From positions 2,016,001 to 2,080,000 of the forward strand of contig OZ242372.1 in the NCBI GenBank assembly GCA_965209035.1: a DNA stretch of 64,000 nucleotides. Reading direction: 5' to 3'. The translations under genes and the position numbers were made by a program. This document shows positions 39,044 to 49,900 of this stretch, piece after piece; positions within the stretch are counted from its first letter, which is position 1, and each line of letters starts with the position of its first letter. This stretch comes from Gammaproteobacteria bacterium (GTDB lineage: Bacteria > Pseudomonadota > Gammaproteobacteria > CBDBNL01 > JAAOII01). The notes under the pieces were generated by a model. It did no database searches and had not been told where the DNA came from. It worked only from the letters and a program-made list of their open reading frames with translations.

Positions 39044-41026
39044 ATGAATAAAGAAATCCAACCGACTACCGCAGCAACGCCAAAGGCGGCAGTTCAACCT
39101 GTGCCGCGCGGCCGCAAAATTACTTTGACCGAACTGGTATTACGAGATGGCCATCAATCCCTCCTCGCCACTCGTATGCGTTTGGATGATATGTTGCCCA
39201 TAGCGGAGCAAATGGATAAAGTAGGCTACTGGTCTGTTGAGTCCTGGGGGGGAGCCACTTTTGATTCTTGCATTCGTTTTCTGGGAGAAGATCCTTGGCT
39301 GCGTATCCGCGAACTCAGTCGTGCCATGCCCAATACTCCTCAGCAAATGCTACTCAGAGGTCAGAATATCTTGGGTTATCGTCATTATGCCGATGATGTG
39401 GTGCATCGGTTTGTTGAACTGGCGCATAAAAGCGGTGTCAAGGTATTTCGAATTTTTGATGCTCTAAACGACATACGCAATCTGCGAACCGCCATTCGTG
39501 CGGTGATTGATTGCGGCGGTCATGCCCAAGGCACGCTTTCTTACACGGTCAGCCCGGTCCATACCCCGGACGGCTGGACGGATTTGGCAAAACGCTTGGA
39601 GGATGCGGGCGTGCATTCACTTGCCATTAAGGATATGTCCGGTCTTCTCACACCCTATGCGGCTTACAGACTGGTCAAGAAGATCAAAGACAAGACAAAC
39701 TTGCGTGTGCATATTCACTGTCATGCTACGACGGGCATGTCAACCGCTACCGCCTTGAAGTCAATTGAAGCCGGCGCCGATACCATAGACACTTCCATTT
39801 CTTCCATGAGCATGACTTACGGGCATTCCGCCACCGAATCTCTGGTCAATATTCTCAATGATTCTTCCTATGATACCGGATTGGATATGGAACTTCTCCA
39901 AAAGATTGCCGACCATTTCCGTTCGGTGCGTCCCAAGTATGCCAAGTTTGAAGGTTCTCTTAAGGGGATAGATGCGCGTATTCTTAAAGCACAGGTGCCG
40001 GGCGGTATGCTCAGTAATCTTGAAAATCAACTCAGAGAACAAAATGCTGAGGATAAAATGGACGAACTCTTGGAAGAGATTCCCGAGGTGCGCAAGGACC
40101 TGGGTTATATTCCGTTGGTTACCCCCACCTCGCAGATTGTCGGCACACAGTCCGTCTTAAATGTTCTCGGCGGCGAACGATATAAAAATATTTCCAAAGA
40201 GACCCTGGCTCTGGTGAAGGGCGAATACGGCAAAACACCAAGCCGTATTAATAGCGAACTATGGAAAAAAGTTTGGAAAGGCGAAGCCCCGAAAGATCGT
40301 GCCAAGTATGATCCGAGTGCCAGACCGCCCGAGTTATCGGAAATTACGAAGCAGTTAAGAAAAGAGGCGGAAGAAAATAAGTTCTCTTTGTCGGCGGATG
40401 AAAACGAAGATATTCTTACCTATGCGCTTTTTCCGCAAGTCGGGCTACGATTTTTTATGAATCGAGATAACCCGGCCGCCTTTGAGCCAAAACCCGGCGC
40501 CGAAACCCAAACCCAAATAAAAGAAGAAGCCCAACAGCCCTCCTCGGATGCGCCGGACACCAAGCAAGAGACATCCAAACCCGCGAAACCTTCGTTAAAA
40601 GATAAAAAGACGGATGCCGACAGGCAAGACACAGGCACCTACAGCGTCACAGTGGATGGCAAAGAATTTCTGGTGCGGGTGCGGCCGTCCGACACAACTC
40701 CCGCCGAATCTTCCGTGTCCGAGCCGTCCCCCCTCCCCGCGGATTCGCAAACGAAAACTGATGCGGCAAAAAACGAAACGGCAAAGGCAAATGACGCGGG
40801 CACAACCGACTCCATTAAACTGCAGACCGCGCCGCTTGCCGGAAACATCTTTCGTATTCTTGTAGTGCCGGATGAGACTGTCACAGAAGGACAGCCGTTG
40901 TTTGTTTTGGAGGCGATGAAAATGGAAACGGAGGTTTGTGCGATTTTGGGCGGACGGGTGAAAGAGATTTATGTTCGCCAGGGCGACAAGGTCTCGGTTG
41001 GTGACAAGTTATTGAGTTTGGTATAA
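39044..41026 (+). CDS. oadA: Oxaloacetate decarboxylase alpha subunit
   Basis: RDGHQSLLATR, GGATFD, QVPGGM, PLVTPTSQIVG and biotin site EAMKM. Confidence 0.96.
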   Translation: MNKEIQPTTAATPKAAVQPVPRGRKITLTELVLRDGHQSLLATRMRLDDMLPIAEQMDKVGYWSVESWGGATFDSCIRFLGEDPWLRIRELSRAMPNTPQQMLLRGQNILGYRHYADDVVHRFVELAHKSGVKVFRIFDALNDIRNLRTAIRAVIDCGGHAQGTLSYTVSPVHTPDGWTDLAKRLEDAGVHSLAIKDMSGLLTPYAAYRLVKKIKDKTNLRVHIHCHATTGMSTATALKSIEAGADTIDTSISSMSMTYGHSATESLVNILNDSSYDTGLDMELLQKIADHFRSVRPKYAKFEGSLKGIDARILKAQVPGGMLSNLENQLREQNAEDKMDELLEEIPEVRKDLGYIPLVTPTSQIVGTQSVLNVLGGERYKNISKETLALVKGEYGKTPSRINSELWKKVWKGEAPKDRAKYDPSARPPELSEITKQLRKEAEENKFSLSADENEDILTYALFPQVGLRFFMNRDNPAAFEPKPGAETQTQIKEEAQQPSSDAPDTKQETSKPAKPSLKDKKTDADRQDTGTYSVTVDGKEFLVRVRPSDTTPAESSVSEPSPLPADSQTKTDAAKNETAKANDAGTTDSIKLQTAPLAGNIFRILVVPDETVTEGQPLFVLEAMKMETEVCAILGGRVKEIYVRQGDKVSVGDKLLSLV

Positions 41027-41038
41027 CCGCGAAATCGG

Positions 41039-42178
41039 TTGCCTCCGATGAGTGATCTTTATACTCTTTGGCTCGGAACAGGCTTGGTTGGCATGCATTG
41101 GAAACAGGCAGTCATGCTGGTCGTTTGCCTTGTTCTACTTTACATGGCAATCAAAAAGAAGTTTGAGCCTCTCTTGCTCTTGCCGATTGGCTTTGGCGGA
41201 CTTCTCGCCAATGCGCCTTTGGCGGGTCTTACCGAAGCAAACGGCATTCTCACAGTTCTATATGACTTCGGCATAGGTACAAGTTTATTTCCTCTGTTGA
41301 TCTTTATGGGAGTGGGGGCCCTGACCGACTTTTCTCCTATGCTTGCCAACCCGAGAACTCTGATGCTGGGGGCGGCCGCCCAGTTTGGTATTTTTTCGAC
41401 TTTGATAGGGGCCGTGGCACTAAGTGACCTGGGATTTTTTGATTTCACGCTCAGAGAGGCGGCCGCCATTGGCATTATCGGCGGAGCGGACGGACCGACG
41501 GCCATTTACCTTTCCAACAAACTTGCGCCCGAATTGCTGGGTGCTATTGCGGTAGCCGCTTACTCGTATATGGCATTGGTGCCAATCATTCAGCCGCCGA
41601 TCATGAAACTCCTCACCACAAAGAAAGAGCGTTTGATCGTGATGAAGCAACTGCGGCATGTTTCCAAGACCGAGCGCATTGTTTTCCCGCTTGTCCTCTG
41701 TATTCTGGTGATGTTGTTTTTACCCGCGGCCACTCCTCTGCTCGGCATGTTCTGCTTGGGGAACTTAATTCGCGAGAGCGGGGTAGTGGATCGTTTGAAT
41801 GATACGCTTCAAAATTCTCTGATCAACTCGGTTACTATTTTTCTGGGTCTCTCGGTCGGCTCAAAGCTCAAGGCCGCGGAGTTTCTGGACAGCAAAACAA
41901 TTGCCATTCTTTTGTTGGGCATGGCCGCTTTTGCTCTCGGCACAGCCGCCGGGGTCCTCATGGGGAAACTTCTCAACAAGATAAGCAAGATTCCTATCAA
42001 TCCCTTGATCGGGGCAGCCGGTGTCTCCGCGGTGCCGATGGCGGCCCGTGTCGCCAATAAGGTCGGGCATGCCGAGAATCCGCACAACTTTCTTTTGATG
42101 CACGCGATGGGACCGAATGTCGCCGGTGTCATAGGCTCGGCCATAGCAGCCGGGGTCATCATCCAGTTTTTGGGGTGA
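41039..42178 (+). CDS. oadB: Oxaloacetate decarboxylase beta subunit
   Basis: [22 protein letters not shown] and [13 protein letters not shown] motifs. Confidence 0.97.
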   Translation: MPPMSDLYTLWLGTGLVGMHWKQAVMLVVCLVLLYMAIKKKFEPLLLLPIGFGGLLANAPLAGLTEANGILTVLYDFGIGTSLFPLLIFMGVGALTDFSPMLANPRTLMLGAAAQFGIFSTLIGAVALSDLGFFDFTLREAAAIGIIGGADGPTAIYLSNKLAPELLGAIAVAAYSYMALVPIIQPPIMKLLTTKKERLIVMKQLRHVSKTERIVFPLVLCILVMLFLPAATPLLGMFCLGNLIRESGVVDRLNDTLQNSLINSVTIFLGLSVGSKLKAAEFLDSKTIAILLLGMAAFALGTAAGVLMGKLLNKISKIPINPLIGAAGVSAVPMAARVANKVGHAENPHNFLLMHAMGPNVAGVIGSAIAAGVIIQFLG

Positions 42179-44199
42179 GTTCCCTGCAAAGAACGCCCGG
42201 TATAAAAAAACTCCCGCCGCACCTGGCGGAAAAGATCGCCGCCGGCGAGGTGATTGAACGACCGGCATCGGTCATCAAAGAATTAACGGAAAACAGTTTG
42301 GATGCCGGTGCCACGGAAGTCAGCATCAGTGTTACCCAAGGCGGTCTGGACTTGATAGAAGTATCGGATAACGGCGCGGGAATTTTACCGGAAGAATTGC
42401 ATTTGGCGGTTGAAAATCATGCTACCGCAAAAATTGACAGCGAAGCGGACCTGGAAAATATCGGCAGTTACGGTTTTCGCGGCGAAGCCCTGGCAAGTAT
42501 TGGGGCGGTTTCCGAGTTAACTTTAATTTCATGCCCGCACCTGGGCGAAGCACACAGTATTTGCGTGCGCGACGGAGTGGCACAGCCGATGACCCCGGCG
42601 GCCCTGCCCGAAGGGACTATGGTGCGGGTGCGGGGACTGTTTTCCCGGATGCCTGCCCGTCGCAAGTTCATGCGAACCTTTGTCACCGAATATGGCTACA
42701 TTGAGCGAATGTTTGTCAAGTTGGCACTGACATCGCCGCGGGTTGCCTTTACACTCAAGCGAGATGACAAAATCATTTACAAGCTGCCCGCCTGTTCAAA
42801 GGACTCTGTCCGCGAACTCGGCACATCCGGTCGTTTGGCGGAACTTCTCGGCAAGGATTTTGTTGCCAATAGCCTCGGCATCTTCTCATCGGCAACGGAC
42901 AGTTACAACTTGGAAGGCTATGTGATGAAGCCCGCCCACTGCAAGGAGAAGGCAAAACATCGACTACTCTTTGTCAATGGCAGATCGGTGCAGGATCGGG
43001 TGATGATGCACGCCATTCGGCACGGCTATCGGGAGATGCTACACGGCGGCAGGCAGCCCGAGTATGTTCTTTTTCTGCAAGTTCCTCCCGCCGAATTGGA
43101 TGTCAATGTGCATCCCGCCAAGACAGAGGTGCGATTTGCACATAGTCACCGGGTGCACAATACTGTCAGTTCCGCCGTTCGCCGGGTCTTGCGTCGCCCC
43201 GCCACCGAATGGGCGAACAATGCTGCGGATATGGGAGGTGCCGCCGTAGCTGCTCGGTTCAAGAGAGCCAATGAGAGTAGAACCGGTGAGAGTGGCGCAC
43301 CCGGGAACTCCTATGCCGGGCATCCCAACTCTGCCCATGCCGAGCGTTGGCAAAGTAAATTCCTCCCGGGTGTGCGGCATACCGGAACCGGCAAGCCGGC
43401 AACAAAAGCCGACAGTTTTGCCGATTTTTTTGATATAGCCGAACATCATACCAAACAAGAGACTAATAATAACGCCGAAGATGTTCCCGAACAAACTGCT
43501 GAGGATAGTATCCAAGAACTGCCACCACACGACACTCACGATACTGCCCCGAGTTTTCAACTGTCCTCTTTTTCTCTCGGGCAAGCGGTTGCTCAGATGC
43601 ACGGTGTCTATATTTTGGCAATCAACAAAACGGGTCTGGTCGTTTTGGATGTGCATGCCGCCCACGAACGCATCGTGTTTGAAGAACTCAAGCATCAATA
43701 TTTCAAAAGCAAGCCCGAACTGCAACAACTTCTTTTTCCGGTGCATGTGGAATTGTCGCCTGCGGATACCCTGTTTGTGGAAGAAAACCTAACCAATTTT
43801 AACAATTGGGGCTTTGAGTTGCGTCTGTTGGGTCCCAAAGAAGTTGCCGTTCATACGCTTCCCGCCTTGTTAAGAACCGACGGAATGAATGACCTAATTC
43901 AAGAATTATGCGGCGTCTTGCGTGAAATTGGGACGGGCGAAACGGACGAAAGCGGCGAAGGAATCAAACTTGCATCTTGGCAAGAACCGCACATCGAAAG
44001 CGAAAGCGAAAAGGTTCTCGCCACCATAGCATGTTACGGTTCGGTGCGTGCCAACCAAAAACTCACTATGGACGAGATGAACGAACTCCTTAGAAAACTG
44101 GAAAAAACAGCCGGCGGTCATTCTTGTAATCACGGCAGACCGACGCATGTGCTGCTGAGCATGGAAGAGTTGGATAAGATGCTACTGCGCGGCAGATGA
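42175..44199 (+). CDS. mutL: DNA mismatch repair endonuclease MutL
   Basis: [37 protein letters not shown] and CNHGRPT motifs. Confidence 0.97.
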   Translation: MSSLQRTPGIKKLPPHLAEKIAAGEVIERPASVIKELTENSLDAGATEVSISVTQGGLDLIEVSDNGAGILPEELHLAVENHATAKIDSEADLENIGSYGFRGEALASIGAVSELTLISCPHLGEAHSICVRDGVAQPMTPAALPEGTMVRVRGLFSRMPARRKFMRTFVTEYGYIERMFVKLALTSPRVAFTLKRDDKIIYKLPACSKDSVRELGTSGRLAELLGKDFVANSLGIFSSATDSYNLEGYVMKPAHCKEKAKHRLLFVNGRSVQDRVMMHAIRHGYREMLHGGRQPEYVLFLQVPPAELDVNVHPAKTEVRFAHSHRVHNTVSSAVRRVLRRPATEWANNAADMGGAAVAARFKRANESRTGESGAPGNSYAGHPNSAHAERWQSKFLPGVRHTGTGKPATKADSFADFFDIAEHHTKQETNNNAEDVPEQTAEDSIQELPPHDTHDTAPSFQLSSFSLGQAVAQMHGVYILAINKTGLVVLDVHAAHERIVFEELKHQYFKSKPELQQLLFPVHVELSPADTLFVEENLTNFNNWGFELRLLGPKEVAVHTLPALLRTDGMNDLIQELCGVLREIGTGETDESGEGIKLASWQEPHIESESEKVLATIACYGSVRANQKLTMDEMNELLRKLEKTAGGHSCNHGRPTHVLLSMEELDKMLLRGR

Positions 44200-44238
44200 T
44201 GATTGCGAGCGAGAATGTCTGCTTCTGTGAGTGAGACA

Positions 44239-44355
44239 GCCAAACTCGTTGACTAACTTCTTTGGTATCATCGCGAACATCCTCGGCATGCCTACAAATA
44301 ACTCTCGTCAATTCAATTCTTGCAAAAACAACAAAAGTCCGGGAATGGGCGGGAT
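44239..44355 (+). mobile_element. Degenerate IS481 right-end remnant fused to the left part of the full element
   Basis: Aligns to 45533-45648 (gccaaactc...ttggtat...gcaaaaacaacaaaagtcc.g.aatggg.ggga); the terminal cataca is missing. Confidence 0.85.
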
Positions 44356-44490
44356 TTGCATAGTCTCATAAAGGTTCTGGACTCTGAGTTTGGTATTGTG
44401 CGTCCTCAGATCAAGCAGCCGGAGGTTCTGTCGGACGGGTCGAAAATAGATCCGGCAACGGGTCTTCGGTATGTGGAGCTAGATGAATGA
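44356..44490 (+). CDS. Conserved short reading frame in the IS left end (LHSLIKVLDSEFGIVRPQIKQPEVLSDGSKIDPATGLRYVELDE)
   Basis: Gap-free homologs at 51229-51375 and 52362-52508 show several synonymous changes and a TGA/TAA stop swap. Confidence 0.5.
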   Translation: MHSLIKVLDSEFGIVRPQIKQPEVLSDGSKIDPATGLRYVELDE

Positions 44491-45655
44491 AACGGGCAAG
44501 AAGGACGGATAGCTGTTTTGCTCTCACCGCCGCAGACAGCGGAGGCTTGTTGTTGATAAAACTGTCTAGGTGTATCCGCTGGCGAGACGGTACGGTTTGT
44601 GAGGGCAGCCGGACTGCACATTGGAAATGAGAGGAACACGTTTACGCTACATTGGTTATCGCGTGCGCGGTTTCAATAAAATGGTGGTTTTAGCAAACAA
44701 ATATTCAAACATGTCTAAAACCACCAAAATCAAACTGGACACCTTAGCGTTCGCGCGCAAACATGGTGTCGCGGCGGCGCTGGATCATGCCGGGATCAGT
44801 CGTGCTACATTCTACGAGTGGCAGCGGCGTTTCCGTGAAGGCGGGGTCGATGAACTGGCGAACAACTATGGGTATCAGCCCAAGCGGTCCAACACCTGGC
44901 CACCGGCACTGATTGACAAGATCCGGTCTTGGCGACAAGAGCGACCGAATATCGGTCCCAATAAACTGGTCTGCTTGTTACCCGAATGGTGCCAGCAGCA
45001 GGGGCTGCCGGCACCCAGCCGGTCAACCATTGCCCGCATCATCGCTGATGCACCGGGTAAGATGCGGCACCAGTCATCGCTGACCGAGCAGAAGAACCCG
45101 CGGCAAGGTGCTCCTCGCGAGCGCAAGGACATCTGCTTTGTTGCGGGCCGGAGAGGTGAATGTGTTGCCTTTGATACGCTCGTCCGCATCGTCGATGGCC
45201 GGCGCTTTTATTGGCATGTCGGCATTGATCTATTTTCCCGCATCGCGCTAGTCCATGTCGATACCTCGGCTGCTTCGGCCAGTTCCGCCCGGCTCTTTAC
45301 CGCCATGCAAAACATACTCGGCACTCGGATCGAAAAAGTCCTCACCGATAATGGCAGTGAGTTCGCCAAAGACTTTCACCGGATCGTGACCGCAAACGGC
45401 AGCACCCACTGGTATACTTATCCAAGGAAACCGCAAATGAATGCACACTGCGAACGGTTTAATCGCACTCTCTGGGAAGAGTTCGGTTGTCATATGCGGC
45501 ATCTCTTGGTTAAGGATATGCCGGCATTCAACGCCAAACTCATCGAGTGGTTGGCTTGGTATAATCTTGAACGTCCCCATTATGCTCTCAAACAACTCTC
45601 GCCGATCCAATTTTTGCAAAAACAACAAAAGTCCAGAAATGGGTGGGACCATACA
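44356..45655 (+). mobile_element. IS481-family insertion sequence; IRR ends ...GACCATACA at 45655, IRL tip lost
   Basis: Transposase ORF; the right end is defined by five partial copies in the window; the left part matches the remnant at 6239. TGT...ACA termini. Confidence 0.85.
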
Positions 45656-45697
45656 GGATTATACAGGTTTGTCTGTAAAGCCCGTAAAATAGATTAA
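44621..45697 (+). CDS. IS481-family transposase (HTH + rve integrase core)
   Basis: GISRATFYEW HTH; DDE core FDT, LTDNGSEF, PQMNAHCERFNRT, WYNLERPH. The stop codon lies outside the element. Confidence 0.92.
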   Translation: MEMRGTRLRYIGYRVRGFNKMVVLANKYSNMSKTTKIKLDTLAFARKHGVAAALDHAGISRATFYEWQRRFREGGVDELANNYGYQPKRSNTWPPALIDKIRSWRQERPNIGPNKLVCLLPEWCQQQGLPAPSRSTIARIIADAPGKMRHQSSLTEQKNPRQGAPRERKDICFVAGRRGECVAFDTLVRIVDGRRFYWHVGIDLFSRIALVHVDTSAASASSARLFTAMQNILGTRIEKVLTDNGSEFAKDFHRIVTANGSTHWYTYPRKPQMNAHCERFNRTLWEEFGCHMRHLLVKDMPAFNAKLIEWLAWYNLERPHYALKQLSPIQFLQKQQKSRNGWDHTGLYRFVCKARKID

Positions 45698-46015
45698 AAC
45701 GATTACGCAGACAACCGAGCGGGGTTGGGCAATCAATCCTAAATTAAGTGTTATACTTATAAAAATGAAAGCCCTTATTCCCCGTTCGGTTGTCTTTTTT
45801 TGTGATGTCGCACCCGGGTTACCCGGAACAAACAAAAAGCATAATCCACAACCCACAACACGGCTTTATTTGGCCCGCCCGTAAAGCCCGTAAAATAGAT
45901 TAATGTGATTATGCAGATAACCGGACGGGGTTGGGTAAATAGCCTCCAAAAAATATATTTGCCCTCTTTGCCCCGTTCGGTTGTCTTTTTTTGTGATGCC
46001 GAACACCCGGAACAC
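45675..46015 (+). repeat. Two direct repeats (period 206 bp), each a 16-bp hairpin stem with a variable loop and a T7 tract
   Basis: Both start GTAAAGCCCGTAAAATAGATTAA (45675, 45881). Stems are 45709-45724/45780-45795 and 45915-45930/45971-45986. Confidence 0.85.
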
Positions 46016-46061
46016 AAAGAGATGCGGCTCCCCGGCTCCAAGAATTAAAAATTAAAAATAT

Positions 46062-46838
46062 TCAAAAATGACTGTGCGTATGTCGATGCTTGTAAATAGC
46101 AAAGTGTCTGCCGACCTTGTCGCCAAAGAGGTTTTTGTAGGCGTCGTTATTGTTGATTTCTTGCGGGGTGCCGCTGCAGCAAAGATGTTGATTCAGACAC
46201 AGCACTCTGTCGGTGGATGCCATGACCAGATGCAGATCATGAGATACCAAAATGAGGGCACAGCGATGCTCTTTGGTATAGTTGCGGAGCAGTTCGTAAA
46301 AATGAATGCGGGCATTAATGTCCAGGCTGCGATCCGGTTCATCCAAAATCAAGAGTTTCGGGCTGTTGAGCAGGGCTCTTGCCAGCAAAACCAGTTGTGT
46401 TTGCCCGCCGGAAAGATCCTGTAGGGAAGTTTTTAACAGAGAGTCCAAGTTCAGTTGTTCGGCTACCCGGGAAAAGACAGAGGCGTTGTAATAGGGGCTC
46501 ATGTGTAAAAAATTTTTAACGCGCATCGGGAGGAGATTATTAAATGATACCGATTGCGGAATATAGCCGAGACGGAGTCCTTTGGGTTTGATGACCCGGC
46601 CGCTTGTCGGTGTGATGAGACCTACCAGGACCCGGATGAGTGTGGTTTTGCCGCCGCCGTTCGGTCCGATGATGCTGAGTATTTCGGTTTCGCCTGTTTC
46701 AAAGGAAATGTCGTCCAGGATCATTTTGTCTTTGTCAAAAAAAGAGAGCCGGTGGCAACCAAAAAATGTGGCAGAGTCGCCGCCTGTTGCCTTAATATTT
46801 TTCGCGCCGCGATTTTTTACGCCGTTATTTTTTGCCAT
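46062..46838 (-). CDS. znuC: Zinc ABC transporter ATP-binding protein
   Basis: GPNGGGKTT, LSGGQ, LDEP, SHDLHLVMA, CLN.H.CCSGTP and a His-rich tail. Confidence 0.92.
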   Translation of the reverse strand: MAKNNGVKNRGAKNIKATGGDSATFFGCHRLSFFDKDKMILDDISFETGETEILSIIGPNGGGKTTLIRVLVGLITPTSGRVIKPKGLRLGYIPQSVSFNNLLPMRVKNFLHMSPYYNASVFSRVAEQLNLDSLLKTSLQDLSGGQTQLVLLARALLNSPKLLILDEPDRSLDINARIHFYELLRNYTKEHRCALILVSHDLHLVMASTDRVLCLNQHLCCSGTPQEINNNDAYKNLFGDKVGRHFAIYKHRHTHSHF

Positions 46839-46920
46839 AAGGTATCATATCACACACACAGATGATAGGGCAGCGCGTATGAAGAATAGGCGGCATATTC
46901 AATAACGCTTAAAGAAACCC

Positions 46921-49900
46921 GTGAACTCCTTTAATAACTCCTTTATCCATCTGCGCGTGCATAGCACCTATTCCATTCGGGACGGTCTGGCAAGACCGGA
47001 AGAATTAACGGAGTCGGCAAAGAATTTGGGTTATGAGGGCATCGCCTTGACAGATCGCGCCAACCTGTTCGGGGCTGTCAAGTTTTGTAACAGTGCCAGG
47101 GCAAAGGCGATGAAGCCGGTTTTGGGGATGACCTTGCAAATCAGTGATGCGAACTTATCGGAGCAAATGAGTGCCGTCTATGAGATTGTCGTCCTGGCAA
47201 AAAATAAGAAGGGCTATGCAAATCTGATGCAACTTTCCACCTATGCGCAGACAAAAAGTGCGGATGCCGGCAGAAGGGGTACAGTCCCCTATGCCTTTTT
47301 TAGCGAGCATTGCCAAGACCTGATCGTTCTCGGTGGCTGGCTGGGCGGCGATGTGGGGCTTGCGGTTGCGGCCGGCGACCATACCGCTGCCAAAGAACGC
47401 CTGCGGAACTGGCAGAATTTGTGCGGCGATAACTACTATATGGAGCTGCAACGCTTGGGCGAAGAGCATACGGCGGAACTTGCCGATATGCTGAAGTTGG
47501 CGAAGGAGTGTTCTTGTCCGCCTGTCGCAACCAACGATGTGATGTTCTTAAGGCCGGAAGATGACGAAACCCATCGGCTGCGCATTCATATTAATCTTTC
47601 CGAGCCGGTTGATCGGGAGAATACTTCCAACCCTTATAACAGAAACCAGTATCTGCGCAGCCGCGCGGAAATGGAGCAGCTGTTTGCCGAGGTTCCGGCG
47701 GCATTGGAAAATGCGGGGCACATTTTTTGCAAATGTTCTTTTATCTTAAAAAAGAAAGACAATATTCCCCGCTATTCCGATAAGGGTTCGGCCGATCGAG
47801 ACCTTGCCGAACTGGCAAACACAGGTATGGAAAAATACCTGGGCAATGATTGGAAAGATGTGCGGGGCGGGATCTATGGGCAACGATTGCAATCGGAACT
47901 TGAGATTATCGCAAAGATGCGTTACAGCGATTACTTTCTCATTGTCAGTGATTTTGTGCGTTGGGCAAAAGGGCGGGATATTCCGGTGGGTCCCGGACGC
48001 GGCTCGGGTGCCGGCTCTTTGGTTGCCTATGCAACAGAGATTACGGGTTTGGATCCTCTGCAATACGATCTCTTGTTTGAAAGATTTCTGAACGAAGGGC
48101 GCGGTTCTATGCCCGACTTTGACATAGATGTTTGTATGGAAAGACGCGAAGAGGTGATTGCCTACATTCGTCAAAGATACGGCGATACTTCCGTGGCGCA
48201 GATTATTTCCTTCGGGACTCTGGGTGCCAGGGCGGCCATACGGGATCTGGTGCGGATCCTTAAGAAGCCCTATGGACTGGGAGACAAAATCGTGGATATG
48301 ATTGTCGGCGGGCCGCATATCAAGTTGGCGGAGGTTCGCAAGGATGCGCGTCTTTCCAATTACCTTGCGGCGGATGCGGAAGCGGATCTGGTGTATCAAA
48401 ATGCAATGTCTTTGGAAGGGCAGGTGCGCCATACGGGTTTGCACGCGGCCGGTGTGGTGATTACGACCGGCCCCGTGGCGGATTCTTGTCCTCTTTATTG
48501 CGACGAGGACGGCAAACTACTGACGCAGTTTGACAAGGATGATCTGGAAAGCATCGGCTTGGTGAAGTTTGATGTTTTGGGGCTGCGCACTCTGACTTTA
48601 ATTGATCACACCATTAAAGCAATTGCCGCCGATGGCAAAAATGAACGGCCTGTCCTGCGTTCCGATAAGACGGATGACCCCAAGGTTTTTGCGATGATCT
48701 GTCGCGGCGCGACGCGCGGTGTTTTTCAGTTGGAATCTTCCGGTATGCGTAATCTGGCGGAGCGTATGCGACCGAGTTTGTTTGAAGACATTGTCTCGTT
48801 GATCGCTTTGTTTCGTCCGGGCCCGATGGACTTGATAGACGAGTTCATTGAAAACAAGGCAAAAACGGAAAAAGGGGAGGAGGTTGCTTATTTATCAGAT
48901 TCTGTGAAAGATGTCCTGAAAGACACATACGGAATTACCTTGTATCAGGAGCAGGTGATGCAGATTGCCCAAATAGTGGCGGGCTTTAGTTTGACCGAGG
49001 CGGATGTGCTGCGATATGTGATGAGTAAGAAGGTGAAAGAGATCATGCCCAAACTGAAAGAAAGGTTCATTAAGGGGGCACTAAAAAATAATTACAAGGC
49101 GAAGGAAACGGAAGAAATTTTTTGGAAGATAGATAAGTTTTCCGGTTACGGATTCAATCGCTCGCATGCGGTTGGTTACGGCGTGCTTGCCTATTGGACG
49201 GCATATCTGAAATGCCATTATCCGGCTCAATTTATGGCAGCCGCTCTTTCTTTGGAGGAGAATGATCTGCGCCGAACCTCCGTTTATGTGGATGAGGTCA
49301 GGCGTCTTAAATTAGAGATCGTCCCGCCGGATATTAACCTTTGTAGTGCGCACTTTATTGCCAAGGAGGGCAAGATTTTTTACGGTCTGTCTTCTATTAA
49401 GGGGTTGGGGCGATACCATGCCCTGGAAATTGTGAAGGAACGCGCAAATGGCCCCTATAAGGATTTGTTTGATCTGAGTAGTCGGGTGTCGCAGATTTCC
49501 GGGGCGACAATTAACAAAAGAGTATTGGAAAACTTGATCCGAGTGGGGGCATTCAATCGTTTGGATGCCAATCAAGAAAGATTGATGCGACAACTAAGCA
49601 GGGCAATTCAACTGGGCAAAAAGCAAAAAGAAGAAGCCGAGAAGGGGCTGACGGATATGTTTGCCGAAACTCTGGATGCGAAGTCTTTGGAAAACACGGA
49701 GGAACAAGCATGTCGCGCTTGGAGTGAAAAGCGTGCCATGCGGGAAGAACAAAAAGCCTTGGGGTTTGATTTGCGCTATGATCCGTTTAAGGTGTATGCG
49801 GCCGAATTGAGACGCTATGTTAAGCAAGAGATACGCAAACTAACGCTCAACGAACGGGTTACAATATGCGGCCTGATTTATCACCGAAGATATATTATGA

